Source: a virus
IMG/VR virus record: IMGVR_UViG_3300009488_000018
Location: 32,001 to 96,000 of that record
Strand: one strand, 5' to 3'
DNA: 64,000 nt
Position numbers and translations under genes: made by a program. The notes under the pieces are model-generated. The model made no database searches. It was not told the origin of the DNA and was given only the letters and a program-made list of their open reading frames with translations. Numbering within the stretch: position 1 is the stretch's first letter; every line of letters starts with the position of its first letter. This document shows positions 1-9,822 of the stretch, piece by piece.

Positions 1-101
1 TACGGCGCAAAAGGTACATCTAAGACGTCATCACGGTCTCTAATCTCTTGCTTAAACAACGCATCTTGTAACTGTTTTAAAATATCAGAAGGATTGGCCA
101 T
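1..101 (-). CDS. Hypothetical protein, N-terminus only (runs off the window)
   Basis: ATG at 101 preceded by AAGGAAG; open frame MANPSDILKQLQDALFKQ... to the window edge. Confidence 0.6.
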   Translation of the reverse strand, partial: MANPSDILKQLQDALFKQEIRDRDDVLDVPFAP

Positions 102-114
102 CCAATTGCTTCCT

Positions 115-330
115 TTATAACGCTAGTAACTGAGCCATTTGCGCAGCAGTTACTGGTGCACCATGATTATCTACCTGTATTCCAGTCCATCCACAAGCAG
201 GACAAGTCCATCTAATAACTCCGTCTTGCGCAATAACATCTTCTTGTGTCCCAGGAATAAACGTCCGAACAACATCTTTTTCCATTCGGATAGCCCAACC
301 TCTATTTTTACAATTATGTCTATTTTCCAC
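115..330 (-). CDS. Small Cys-containing hypothetical protein, paralog of 363..569
   Basis: GGAGG RBS before GTG at 330; C-x-NRG, CPAC and C-terminal G-x-x-VTAA motifs. Confidence 0.6.
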   Translation of the reverse strand: MENRHNCKNRGWAIRMEKDVVRTFIPGTQEDVIAQDGVIRWTCPACGWTGIQVDNHGAPVTAAQMAQLLAL

Positions 331-362
331 TTTATTTTCCTCCGTCCTAAGCAAAAATAATC

Positions 363-569
363 TTACATTGCTTGTAACACAGCTAGTCTTGCTGCGGTTA
401 TCGACCTCCCATAAACTTCAACGAACGTTTGAGTAGGAGCATTACAACAAGGATAATCATAATGCTTAACTATTTCCCAAGAGCCTCCTCTCCAAGCTCT
501 ACGAACGTTAGTCACCTTAGCAGTTTGTGGAATACCTCTGTTATTACAAAAACATTTGCTGTAACTCAT
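363..569 (-). CDS. Small Cys-containing hypothetical protein, paralog of 115..330
   Basis: GGAGG RBS before ATG at 569; CFCNNRG...PCC...GRSITAA. Confidence 0.6.
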   Translation of the reverse strand: MSYSKCFCNNRGIPQTAKVTNVRRAWRGGSWEIVKHYDYPCCNAPTQTFVEVYGRSITAARLAVLQAM

Positions 570-624
570 ATTATTTTCCTCCTGTACATTATTTATAATT
601 TGTTCTATTATAAGAGACCTTTTG

Positions 625-2532
625 TTAGAAAGCAGCTGTTCCCATTCCGCCCATTCCACCCATGCCTTCTTCTTCTTTCTTCTTCTCTGGATCTAACTCT
701 TTCTCAATTTTACTACTAATTTCATACTTTTTAACTTCTTCCCAATCAACTTGTGACAGATATTTTTTCTTAGAATATTCTCGAGGAATTCCAATTCTTT
801 CAAGCGTCTCAACTAAACTTGCTAACTCACCCATATATCTTGCTTCACGTTCATATTGAAGTGACCGAGGAACTGGTAAAGCTATATTAACAACGTCAAG
901 GATTGTTAGTGCTTCCTCTGGATTAGTTAAATCAAATACTTTCTCAATCAATTCATTAATCTGGTGTGTAAAATACTTTTGGTGACCAATTATCGTTCTA
1001 GCAAACAAAACATTTTCTTCGGTTAAAGCAGCTTTATTTGAAAGATTTTCTTCAATATTAATAAAACTTGGAGGAACACCTAAACTAGCAGTTAATTGGT
1101 CTCTCATAAATTTGAGTTCGTCAACCTTAGACCTAATGTCCACATTTCCTTCATTAAATGTTGAAATATCAACAAAAGCTTTACCATCTTTCTGAGGAAT
1201 ATAAACATCTTCGAAAGTTGTAATCATACTAGGAATTGTATCAACTGTTCCGAATGAATCAAGACTAACTTTTCTCTTTCTAAATTCTTCTTTCATCGCC
1301 TCAATTGCTTTCTTTGCGTCTCGTGGCAGTCCAACCTCAATTGCAATTTTTCTTTTCTCAGTCGAACGTGAAAGTCTCTGAATTGCTAAAGCAGTTTCTA
1401 ATGCGATTAAAACTTTCGCAGAAAATTGACCACTATCAAATATAGACTCACCATAAGGATAGTACTTAGTAGAAGGAACCATAAAATGGATAACTCGATC
1501 TGGTGGAACATACCTAACATTCATTGTATTATTAATATCTGTCTGTGAAAGCATTGCTTTAATTATATCTTTTAAGTCTTTAATTTCTTTAAACTCTTTC
1601 ATCTGTGGTAATTTTTTCTGTAAACTTTTAATAATTGACATACAGATATTATTAATTGGTTCGTCTTGTATTGATATTCCAGGAAAAAGTGTTATCTGTG
1701 GAAAAACTAGATAACCAAAACATAAAGGAAAAAGAGAACTTTGTAATTTTACTACAAATTTTGGCTCGTGAAATATTAATTTTATATCACTAAGGCTCAT
1801 TTTATCGTTTTCTTTTTCTTCTTTTTCTTTACTTGTTTCTTCAGACTCTGCAAAAGACGAATAGTCCATTGTTATCTCAAATTTCTCTTCTTTATTCAAT
1901 GGAACTTTTAGGACCTCTTTTTTTCCTTCTTCTATATCTTGACTAACATGTGTAAAATATTCAGCCTCAGTTAAAATTGATCTACTAGTTAAAGCAGTTT
2001 TTGGATCACCAATCTCACAGAAAAGGTCACCGAACTCAAGAGTGTTTCGAACTATTAAATTTAAATGTCTTTCAAGGTCTAATTGTTTTACTACTTCTTG
2101 AACAATTCTAACTTTCGATTCTGATGGTGCAGTCTCATCCTCTAAGAGGGTGGATGGTTTAATCTCTAACGAAATTTTTGATATATCATCTGGTGACAAA
2201 ATACTATCAGTTAAAACACTTAATGCTCTATAACAATAGTTTATATTTGATACTATTGCTTCATAGGTCTTATAACGTAGAAGTCTACCACCTTGGCCGA
2301 ATGCAGCAGGGGTAGAACCTTGTGTAAATAAACCACCAGAAGCAGCAACCTGTACATCTGTTGCACCTTTAGATATTAAACTTCGAACCAATTCAATATA
2401 ACCATTTCGACCAGACTGTGATTTATAAGCTACAATGTTCTTAACAGCTTGGTCTAGCTTTTTATCAATTTTTACTGTCGAAGTTCCAATGATACTAGTT
2501 TTTAGTTTTGAAAAAACATCTTTTAATGGCAT
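625..2532 (-). CDS. Portal (vertex) protein, T4 gp20-like
   Basis: gp20-like motifs RLSRSTEKRKIAIEVG, EDVYIPQKDG, DELKFMRDQLTASLGVP; 635 aa. Confidence 0.85.
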   Translation of the reverse strand: MPLKDVFSKLKTSIIGTSTVKIDKKLDQAVKNIVAYKSQSGRNGYIELVRSLISKGATDVQVAASGGLFTQGSTPAAFGQGGRLLRYKTYEAIVSNINYCYRALSVLTDSILSPDDISKISLEIKPSTLLEDETAPSESKVRIVQEVVKQLDLERHLNLIVRNTLEFGDLFCEIGDPKTALTSRSILTEAEYFTHVSQDIEEGKKEVLKVPLNKEEKFEITMDYSSFAESEETSKEKEEKENDKMSLSDIKLIFHEPKFVVKLQSSLFPLCFGYLVFPQITLFPGISIQDEPINNICMSIIKSLQKKLPQMKEFKEIKDLKDIIKAMLSQTDINNTMNVRYVPPDRVIHFMVPSTKYYPYGESIFDSGQFSAKVLIALETALAIQRLSRSTEKRKIAIEVGLPRDAKKAIEAMKEEFRKRKVSLDSFGTVDTIPSMITTFEDVYIPQKDGKAFVDISTFNEGNVDIRSKVDELKFMRDQLTASLGVPPSFINIEENLSNKAALTEENVLFARTIIGHQKYFTHQINELIEKVFDLTNPEEALTILDVVNIALPVPRSLQYEREARYMGELASLVETLERIGIPREYSKKKYLSQVDWEEVKKYEISSKIEKELDPEKKKEEEGMGGMGGMGTAAF

Positions 2533-2564
2533 CTATTTTTATCCTCAAGAAAAAGAGATAACAC

Positions 2565-2981
2565 TTATTCTCCTGTCTCCATTAAGTTTTCGATAGCGTC
2601 TTTACGTATCTCATCACCCTCATATTTAGTACTAAAAACTTCCATGAGATTAAAAAGAAAAGTGTCTTCATCACCATACAAGTTAGTAAACTCATTTGTA
2701 AGCATCGGTCCCATCAACTTTATAACAAGACTTGCGAAGTCCTTTGCGAATTCGTTAAACTGTTTATCATCTATTTTTGTTGCTTCTATTGAATAAATTA
2801 ACATTCTGTCTTTATGAATTATATCATAGGCTTTTTCTATAAAAAGACTCTGGACTCCAATATAAGTCTCAAAATTAATTACGTACTGAAGATTTTGTTC
2901 TTTCTTTCTAGGTATAAATTTTAGCAAACCAAAAAGGACAAGGACAATTAATGCTCCAAGTAATAATGCTTCCAAACCCAT
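2565..2981 (-). CDS. Hypothetical protein with N-terminal membrane anchor
   Basis: Hydrophobic N-terminal ~22 aa; contiguous with neighbouring genes. Confidence 0.6.
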   Translation of the reverse strand: MGLEALLLGALIVLVLFGLLKFIPRKKEQNLQYVINFETYIGVQSLFIEKAYDIIHKDRMLIYSIEATKIDDKQFNEFAKDFASLVIKLMGPMLTNEFTNLYGDEDTFLFNLMEVFSTKYEGDEIRKDAIENLMETGE

Positions 2982-3287
2982 CTAATCACCCTCTGTTATT
3001 ATGTCGACTTCTTCTTCGTTTTCGAGTTCAGTTGACTCAACTGGTTCTGACTTTTGATCTACAATATCTTCACTAGTTTTTTCTTCATTTACCAAAATTG
3101 ATATAACTTTATTTGGTCTCAAAACTACAGAACTAGAAGTAGTATGTAATATCGAAATATTCCCTAACTCTAATACTGCAGATAATTTCTTTATATAACT
3201 AGACAGGTCAGAATCATCTAAGTCAACAAGTTCTATATTACTAACGTTCTCTTGAAAGATTACTATTTTCTTCATTGTCTTCTCCAA
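2982..3287 (-). CDS. Hypothetical protein
   Basis: Tightly packed ORF in the minus-strand block. Confidence 0.55.
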   Translation of the reverse strand: MEKTMKKIVIFQENVSNIELVDLDDSDLSSYIKKLSAVLELGNISILHTTSSSVVLRPNKVISILVNEEKTSEDIVDQKSEPVESTELENEEEVDIITEGD

Positions 3288-3300
3288 AATTACTATCCGT

Positions 3301-3558
3301 CTAAAAACCTTCTAAAGTCGACTTCATTTCTAACTCTTCTATCAAGGGTTCTGTAACAACGCTAATTTCCTCTTTTAACTTATCTTCCCTAGTAGATAAC
3401 ACAATTGAGTAATCAATGACTTTAGAAGCAAATCTTACTTTAAATATATCCAATTCATCTTTAGTCATTTCTAACTCAACTGGCGACCTTACAACTCGAT
3501 TTCTGAAAAAGATCTTTTTTCCTGGTGTTCTAACCTTTACTATATAAAATTCTGACAT
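3301..3558 (-). CDS. Hypothetical protein
   Basis: AGGA RBS, packed ORF. Confidence 0.55.
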   Translation of the reverse strand: MSEFYIVKVRTPGKKIFFRNRVVRSPVELEMTKDELDIFKVRFASKVIDYSIVLSTREDKLKEEISVVTEPLIEELEMKSTLEGF

Positions 3559-3624
3559 TTTGATTCCTAATTCAGAAGTTAGGTGAGTTCTATAAAGAAC
3601 TCGTTTAGGAACGTTCCAATAAAT

Positions 3625-4488
3625 TTAAACTACAACGTCTTCGGACTCAATTTCGTCGACGTCGTCTTCAATCTGTTCTTTGAAAATTTGGAAAGTTTCT
3701 TCTAACTCATCTTCGTCTTCTTCATTACCTTTTGTTCCTGGCTTACCCGGACCACTACCTAATGCCGCAGGCGCAGGTGGAACTTGTTCCTCAACTTCTT
3801 CCATTTTCTTATCTACATCTAATTCCTCTTCCTCTTCCTCTTTCTCTTCTTCTCCAGCTACTTCTTCTTGTTCAAGTTTTGCAGCTTTGACTGGATGTCC
3901 TTCTCCCTTATCCTTGTCAGGCGGGACCTCTTTCTCGGCAGTACCTGTACCAGCAGCTTCTGTTCCGGCTCCCTCATCACCTTCTTCTTCCATCTCACCA
4001 ATTAGTTTCTCAATAATTGCATCTTCAACACTTTCCCCAACTTTTTCAGTACTCTCTCCAACTTCTTCCACTTCTTCCTCAGCTTCTTCTGCCGCTTTTT
4101 CTTCTTCCGGCGTTAATTCATCTTGTTCTGCTACTTTCTTTTCTTCTTTTTCTTCCTCTTCCTCTTTCTCTTCTTCTCCAGCTACTTCTTCTTTTTCCGT
4201 AACTTCTTTCTCAATGTCTTTCTTTGCAGCTGCGATATTATCATCAGGAACTTCGTCAACCACGTTATCTTCATGTTCTTCAATAGAAACTCCTTCGTCA
4301 GCACCTTCATTGAAGTAGTATCTCTCTAAAATACTTGCAGCATCCTTATGAGTAGGGAGTTCTCCAGCGCCATCATAGGACATAATAGGATCTAACATCG
4401 GACCTTTCATGTCAACTGTCTTTGAAGTATCAAACTCAGCAATAGCTTCTTTTAACAGTTTAACATATGAAACTTGTTTTTTGCCCAT
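3625..4488 (-). CDS. Highly acidic protein, possible prohead core/scaffold
   Basis: Extremely Glu-rich, low complexity, near the portal gene; function inferred from context. Confidence 0.5.
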   Translation of the reverse strand: MGKKQVSYVKLLKEAIAEFDTSKTVDMKGPMLDPIMSYDGAGELPTHKDAASILERYYFNEGADEGVSIEEHEDNVVDEVPDDNIAAAKKDIEKEVTEKEEVAGEEEKEEEEEKEEKKVAEQDELTPEEEKAAEEAEEEVEEVGESTEKVGESVEDAIIEKLIGEMEEEGDEGAGTEAAGTGTAEKEVPPDKDKGEGHPVKAAKLEQEEVAGEEEKEEEEEELDVDKKMEEVEEQVPPAPAALGSGPGKPGTKGNEEDEDELEETFQIFKEQIEDDVDEIESEDVVV

Positions 4489-4577
4489 AACAAAAACCTC
4501 CTCTTACTTTGACTATAAAATTTCTTATTAGTATTATTTTGTTCTGATCTAACTTGCTTATTAAACTTAGTTCGAAT

Positions 4578-6071
4578 CTAAAAACCACTTTTCAATTCCG
4601 AAAAACCTTTAAATAAATTGTCAGAAGTAACAGTCGCTTTGTCAATATTAGACGCTTTAGTTCCAGAAACAAATTGGAACTTATTAAAATTAACTGTAAA
4701 GTCAATCCCCACATTCGCTCTTCCACTTCTATTCTTCCCCACTTTAGCATGGACTATATCATCTCTTACAGGATCTTTTGCTAATAAACATACAAAGTCA
4801 GCATGCTCCACTTTCTTAATTGACTCTGACGTTTGGTCTAAATTCAACTCACTAGCTTCTTTTACTCGATACGCTGCTCTTCCTAGTTGTGTAGCAGTAA
4901 CTACAGGGATACCATATTGTACTGCCAATGTCTTCAATGACAAAGTAATATGACCCAACTCTAATCTATATAAATCATACTTTGTATCAGATTTTAGAAG
5001 GTCTATGTAATCAACAAAAATCCCACAAATAGATTCTTTTCCATATTCCTCTATTACATCATCTAAAACTCCCATCAAATCAATAGCACTTATAGTCATT
5101 GCTGGAAAGTACTTCATAATTATTGTTGCATTACTTTCCATTAACTTATCGTAGATCATCTGTTTCATATCTACTTTTTCTTCTCGAATATCTCTCATAA
5201 CTTCTATAGTTGTTTTTTGAAACAACGGTTGGTAAGTCCTCATTAAGGACTCGTCAATTGTATTCTCCATAGTTACATAAACATAAACCTTATCTATTTC
5301 GCCTTCTTTTAAAACTTTTTCCGAAAGAAAACCTCGTCCTGTTTCAGCAGATTTAATTATTAAGTTATTCAAAATAGTTGATTTCCCAGCGCCAGTTCCT
5401 CCACCAAACAAATATAACCTTGAGGGTTCGAATCCCCCATACATGATGTCACCATCAAAAATCGGAAAGCCAGTTGGAGTTTTACTCTCCCGATCATACT
5501 TCTTTTTTATAACTTCTATAACACGGGTATAATCATCCTTAACTAAATCTAATGATGCAGCTGCTTCAATAGTCACAGCTCGATTTGCTTCCATCATATT
5601 AGCGTATAACTGTTTAATTGTAACTTCATAATCTTCAACCAAGTCTTCAATAGAGTCAAACGACCCATCTTTTATAGTATCTAAAACTTTACTTAACTCA
5701 TCATAATTACTAAAAATCAAGTTTATTTTCTTCCTTAACCTAATTTGTCTAACAATGTCATTTATCTTTACACTAGACAATTTCTCATTCGCTTTTAAGT
5801 CTAAAAAGTCTTTATATTGCTTAAACTTTTCACCAAACGTTATACTCTCTATAATAGACTCAACAGTTTTATCTTCCAGAAACATCGTACAAATTTTTCT
5901 TAAACAGTCTAATTTACTTTTTACTGTTAACGGAACTTCTATTTCCTCTTTCTTTTCATAAGAATCAAGAATTTCTATAATATCCCTATACAAACTTTTA
6001 CTTTTCTTAACTTTAGATTCCTTACAGAGTATTAAAGAAAAACACGAATTCAAAAAAGATTCAGTTATCAA
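4578..6071 (-). CDS. DnaB/T4 gp41-like replicative helicase
   Basis: Walker A GGTGAGKS, TMEN, VDYIDL, TATQLGR, KNRSG motifs. Confidence 0.9.
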   Translation of the reverse strand: MITESFLNSCFSLILCKESKVKKSKSLYRDIIEILDSYEKKEEIEVPLTVKSKLDCLRKICTMFLEDKTVESIIESITFGEKFKQYKDFLDLKANEKLSSVKINDIVRQIRLRKKINLIFSNYDELSKVLDTIKDGSFDSIEDLVEDYEVTIKQLYANMMEANRAVTIEAAASLDLVKDDYTRVIEVIKKKYDRESKTPTGFPIFDGDIMYGGFEPSRLYLFGGGTGAGKSTILNNLIIKSAETGRGFLSEKVLKEGEIDKVYVYVTMENTIDESLMRTYQPLFQKTTIEVMRDIREEKVDMKQMIYDKLMESNATIIMKYFPAMTISAIDLMGVLDDVIEEYGKESICGIFVDYIDLLKSDTKYDLYRLELGHITLSLKTLAVQYGIPVVTATQLGRAAYRVKEASELNLDQTSESIKKVEHADFVCLLAKDPVRDDIVHAKVGKNRSGRANVGIDFTVNFNKFQFVSGTKASNIDKATVTSDNLFKGFSELKSGF

Positions 6072-6122
6072 AACTATCCCTCCTTTGTTTTTTTGTTCAA
6101 AAAACTATCTTAAAGTACATAC

Positions 6123-6449
6123 TTACATTAATCTTGTAAGTTCTCTAAGTATTTCTTCATCTACTTCTTTTGCGATTTCTTTCGATAAAGCCTCAATTAG
6201 TCCTTTTTCTACATCGTAAGAATAGATTGTTTTTACATTAACAGACGAAGAAAAAGACCAATCAGCTGAAAGAATCTTTCGAACTTTTCCTATTATATTC
6301 TCGATCCAGTCTAGTTTTCCATGACCAAAACACTTACCACAAATTTCTGTACATAACTCATCATTATCACTACTGTTCGGTTCATGACATGTACCTTTAC
6401 ATCTATCACAAATAACTTCGCCTTCTTTAAGGTGTATCTTATTACCCAT
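6123..6449 (-). CDS. Zn-finger protein (CxxCxG...CxKCFG-KLDWIE family), copy 1
   Basis: EGEVICDRCKG...CGKCFGHGKLDWIE. Confidence 0.7.
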   Translation of the reverse strand: MGNKIHLKEGEVICDRCKGTCHEPNSSDNDELCTEICGKCFGHGKLDWIENIIGKVRKILSADWSFSSSVNVKTIYSYDVEKGLIEALSKEIAKEVDEEILRELTRLM

Positions 6450-6669
6450 TTACTAATATCCCCAATGAACTCGTTGGTCTCCACGACGAATGAACATGAG
6501 ATGGGTCCGTTAGTTCTTGTTTTCCAATAACAACCTCAATCCAATCTAGTTTCCCACAACCAAAACATTTATCACAACGTCTAGGATAAGGAGTATATAA
6601 GTCAGGAATTAGCTTACCAGATCCCTTACATTTATTACAAACTACTTCACCTTCATTAATTTCTACCAC
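6442..6669 (-). CDS. Zn-finger protein (KLDWIE family), copy 2
   Basis: EGEVVCNKCKG...CDKCFGCGKLDWIE. Confidence 0.7.
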   Translation of the reverse strand: MVEINEGEVVCNKCKGSGKLIPDLYTPYPRRCDKCFGCGKLDWIEVVIGKQELTDPSHVHSSWRPTSSLGILVNG

Positions 6670-6983
6670 CTTTCATAATCCTCCGTTGTCGTTGAAGATG
6701 AAAACGAAGTTGAATATGAAGTAGTTGAACTACATGTAGTAGAAGTACAAGTTTTCCCTAATACATTCTCAATCCAGTCTAACTTCCTATCACCAAAACA
6801 CTTTGGACAAAGTTTACCATCTTTCCGTCCCCACCCTTTACATACATCGCATATAATGTCTCCTTCACCTAATGGAACTTCAGGGTCTACATCTTCCTTA
6901 CCTTCATCTTTAAACCACTTTGGCAAAGGAAATCCAAATCTACTTAACCACAATTTTTTAGTAATTTTTTCTACAAAACTCAT
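6663..6983 (-). CDS. Zn-finger protein (KLDWIE family), copy 3
   Basis: EGDIICDVCKG...CPKCFGDRKLDWIE. Confidence 0.7.
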   Translation of the reverse strand: MSFVEKITKKLWLSRFGFPLPKWFKDEGKEDVDPEVPLGEGDIICDVCKGWGRKDGKLCPKCFGDRKLDWIENVLGKTCTSTTCSSTTSYSTSFSSSTTTEDYERW

Positions 6984-8359
6984 ATCGTTAGAACTCTTCC
7001 ATTATCTTCAAGTTTCGAAAATTCATCTTTACTAAGAAACTTGCTTACCAAGTATTCACAATATTCTTCATCCAAATTTGTTAAGATATCTAACGACTTT
7101 GCAATACTATATGATTTTATTCGTTGCTTTTTGGTTATCTTTCCACCGTTCAGGTTCTTAGTAATATCAATAACTGAGTTTGTAAACTCCTCTAAAAAAC
7201 CGTTCTCATAAAATATATATACCTTTTCTGCTGACTCTTTACAAATAGACTGTATCTCAGAGTATTGGTTCAACATATGTAACATAGTATATACTTTTAT
7301 CTCTTCAAAGAATGTCCCTGTTTCACTACTATAAATTCCGTCTTTTCCAACTTCTTTAAAATTAAATTTTCTAAAAAGTTGGTTCATTTCTTGAATATAT
7401 ATATCTACTACTTTTGTTCCACCTTTAAATCTCTTATCCAAATTAGTCGATTTAATATCTACTTTATGTATGATATTATTATCGAGTACATGGATATACC
7501 TTCCAACCATCAAACCTTTATAAAGACCTGACGAGTCATATGTTATATTAACTTCAATATTGTGTTTGTTTCGGATATGAATTTTGAAAAGCTCATAAAA
7601 GAAAACATCTCTAAAGGTTGCTCCACCAAGTATATGAAAATCTAAAGCATTTAAACCACTTCTTTTACATTCATTTAACAATATAACTAACGGGAGCACA
7701 TAAACAATACATGGAATTGCTAAATCACCAGCTAAATTAGCAACCATTCCTCCAACACCAAAATGATTAAACTTCGAGAATAAGTCATACTCTCGTAAAA
7801 GTTTTAAAAATATTTCCCACAATCTAGGTGTTCGAAAGTGGTGAATATAAATGATCTTCTTTATAACATCTGGGCTCAACCCCGCTGCCTTAGTATAGGA
7901 CTCAATATTCATCTTTTCTACTTCATCAAAACTATCAAAAGCAACACAGTTCGGTCCAGGTATAAGATCTAAAATAAATGCTCTATCAAGAACTTCATGA
8001 TGTTCTTCTAAAAAGTCGTAGAACATTCTAAGAAGAAGTTTTGTTGTATCTTTAGCTAGACCAATAGAAACTTGGTATCCCCCAGAATCTGTAATAAGTA
8101 AAGAACCATCAAATAAACCAAACTCTCTACAATTCTTAAACAACGTAGCTTCTGATTTATTAAATTTAGAATAACTTCTTCTCATTGCAAAATTTTGTCC
8201 ATAAGAATGGAGGAAACCAGAACATGTTTTTAAAAGGAAATCTGAAATATCTTCTCGAGAAAAATTACTCTCATACCGGTTTTTTGTATTTTTTATAAAG
8301 TTATTTATTATTGTGGCGAGAGTTTCAAAACCTGCTACTACATATCCAGACTGTGTCAT
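6980..8359 (-). CDS. TGT/DpdA-like guanine transglycosylase-fold protein
   Basis: LITDSGGYQ, FILD, FHILG and TYDSS motifs of the TGT/DpdA barrel; queE and queC in the same window. Confidence 0.7.
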   Translation of the reverse strand: MTQSGYVVAGFETLATIINNFIKNTKNRYESNFSREDISDFLLKTCSGFLHSYGQNFAMRRSYSKFNKSEATLFKNCREFGLFDGSLLITDSGGYQVSIGLAKDTTKLLLRMFYDFLEEHHEVLDRAFILDLIPGPNCVAFDSFDEVEKMNIESYTKAAGLSPDVIKKIIYIHHFRTPRLWEIFLKLLREYDLFSKFNHFGVGGMVANLAGDLAIPCIVYVLPLVILLNECKRSGLNALDFHILGGATFRDVFFYELFKIHIRNKHNIEVNITYDSSGLYKGLMVGRYIHVLDNNIIHKVDIKSTNLDKRFKGGTKVVDIYIQEMNQLFRKFNFKEVGKDGIYSSETGTFFEEIKVYTMLHMLNQYSEIQSICKESAEKVYIFYENGFLEEFTNSVIDITKNLNGGKITKKQRIKSYSIAKSLDILTNLDEEYCEYLVSKFLSKDEFSKLEDNGRVLTI

Positions 8360-8361
8360 AA

Positions 8362-8601
8362 CTAAACTGTACCGCTTTCTGCATATGCTTTACTTTCTTC
8401 ATCGAGTATTTCTCCACATTTCTTACAAACCAAAACAGGAATCAGAAATCTCTGTTCATTACCATCTTTTGTGAGAAACGAAGAAAGTTTCTTGATTCTA
8501 AGAGCTTGGTCAAATATTTCATTACCACATTTACATTTCATATCTGGTAAATTGTCTAGACTCATCCCAGGTGGTAATGATGGAATATCTTGTCCATTCA
8601 T
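8362..8601 (-). CDS. Small Zn-ribbon protein
   Basis: CKCG...CKKCG. Confidence 0.6.
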   Translation of the reverse strand: MNGQDIPSLPPGMSLDNLPDMKCKCGNEIFDQALRIKKLSSFLTKDGNEQRFLIPVLVCKKCGEILDEESKAYAESGTV

Positions 8602-9431
8602 TTCTGTTCTCCCTCTATTAATAATATATCCTCTTTCATCCTCAAAACTTTTGCTATATCAAAACAATGATCATAGAGATGAAGACCTTTGCTCGATGCA
8701 ACCATTTCACCATCTCCAACACCTATACTCTCGGCCATATACTCCTTCAATAATTGGATAGAAGCCAAATTAGCGGGAAATCCACTCCACAGGTCCCATG
8801 ACCTAAAATATACAAAGAAATGTAGTTTATTATCTTGTATTCTTGTATCTATCTGTCGTAAACAGGGTGGGTCTTTTATTAACATATCAGAAGGGTGAGC
8901 TACTTGAAGAGTTATTTGATTATTTCTAAATCCAGACTTCTTATATCTCCAAATCGCATACTCGATTTGGTTTAGAAATGTAGGAGAACTGTATCTAGGA
9001 CCACTAGAAATTATCTCTTCATTATCCCACAAGTCTGATTCAATATGGTAAATAGGTTCTTGACGACAATTTACAATATCTTCTTCTATTCTTGCTAGGT
9101 AACTTTCTGGAATCTCGTATTTTGTAAGTCTTTGACCATAAGTATATGACTCATTCTCCTCCATATATGAAGTCAGCAAATAAGGAAGATATTTATCTAA
9201 GTAGTCATTAGATACTGGATTCGGAATTCCATAATGGCCAGGAATTTGTGGGAGAAGAGGTTTAGTCCCAGGATATCGAATATAAATAGTTACATAATCA
9301 AACTCAAGTCTTTTTTTACCAGAGTATGATCCCTTATCAATTGTAAAAACCTTACCTTTCTCAAGTGCTGTATAAACACATTGAAACCAAGCATCTGGTA
9401 AGTCTCTAGCGACAATATTCACTAGTTCCAT
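8598..9431 (-). CDS. Thymidylate synthase-family protein (ThyA or dNMP hydroxymethylase)
   Basis: YTYGQRL, DPPCL, FRSWD, PAN, LHLY motifs; start moved to 9431 to avoid the tRNA. Confidence 0.85.
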   Translation of the reverse strand: MELVNIVARDLPDAWFQCVYTALEKGKVFTIDKGSYSGKKRLEFDYVTIYIRYPGTKPLLPQIPGHYGIPNPVSNDYLDKYLPYLLTSYMEENESYTYGQRLTKYEIPESYLARIEEDIVNCRQEPIYHIESDLWDNEEIISSGPRYSSPTFLNQIEYAIWRYKKSGFRNNQITLQVAHPSDMLIKDPPCLRQIDTRIQDNKLHFFVYFRSWDLWSGFPANLASIQLLKEYMAESIGVGDGEMVASSKGLHLYDHCFDIAKVLRMKEDILLIEGEQK

Positions 9432-9452
9432 ATTAATTCTCCTTTTCTCGTT

Positions 9453-9528
9453 TAGTAGCACCGGATGGTCTTGAACCATCGACCTCACGATTATCGGTCG
9501 TGCGCTCTACCAACTGAGCTACGGCGCT
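9453..9528 (-). tRNA. tRNA-Ile(GAU), C33
   Basis: Cloverleaf; anticodon arm CACGA-CCGATAA-TCGTG. Confidence 0.9.
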
Positions 9529-9537
9529 TTATATCCT

Positions 9538-9717
9538 TTACCATTCAAACACTGTAGCGTGAAAAAGTTTCATTATTTGTTTAGCTACTTCTTCTGAGTT
9601 ACTATCATTTTTCTTTGCTTCTACTATAATGTTTTTAATTTCTTCTAACATCGTCTCTTCTAGATCTTTTCCATTCTTATAACATCTATCCACAAAATCA
9701 CTATAGTCTTTATTCAT
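9538..9717 (-). CDS. Hypothetical protein
   Basis: AAGGAG RBS; lies between two tRNAs. Confidence 0.5.
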   Translation of the reverse strand: MNKDYSDFVDRCYKNGKDLEETMLEEIKNIIVEAKKNDSNSEEVAKQIMKLFHATVFEW

Positions 9718-9743
9718 TTCCACTCCTTTCAACCTTCAAACTT

Positions 9744-9819
9744 TGGAGCGGGCGACAGGAGTCGAACCTGCAGCTTTCGGGTTGGAAGCCCGCTACTCTA
9801 CCATTAAAGTTACACCCGC
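9744..9819 (-). tRNA. tRNA-Gly(UCC)
   Basis: GCGGGTG acceptor, CTTCCAA loop, U73, encoded CCA. Confidence 0.93.
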
Positions 9820-9822
9820 TAA

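Noticed and set aside
3828-4192. Direct repeat encoding EEVAGEEEKEEEEE twice
   Set aside because: Internal duplication in a low-complexity acidic protein, not a DNA element
3680-4318. 212-aa Ser-rich plus-strand ORF and similar antisense ORFs (4618, 11728, 12919, 30203, 57787 etc.)
   Set aside because: Shadow frames of real genes on the opposite strand; no RBS
9432-9488. N-terminal extension of the thymidylate synthase ORF; likewise ORFs 21909, 26253, 29484, 37620, 51209
   Set aside because: These overlap tRNA genes; downstream RBS-led starts or non-coding status fit better
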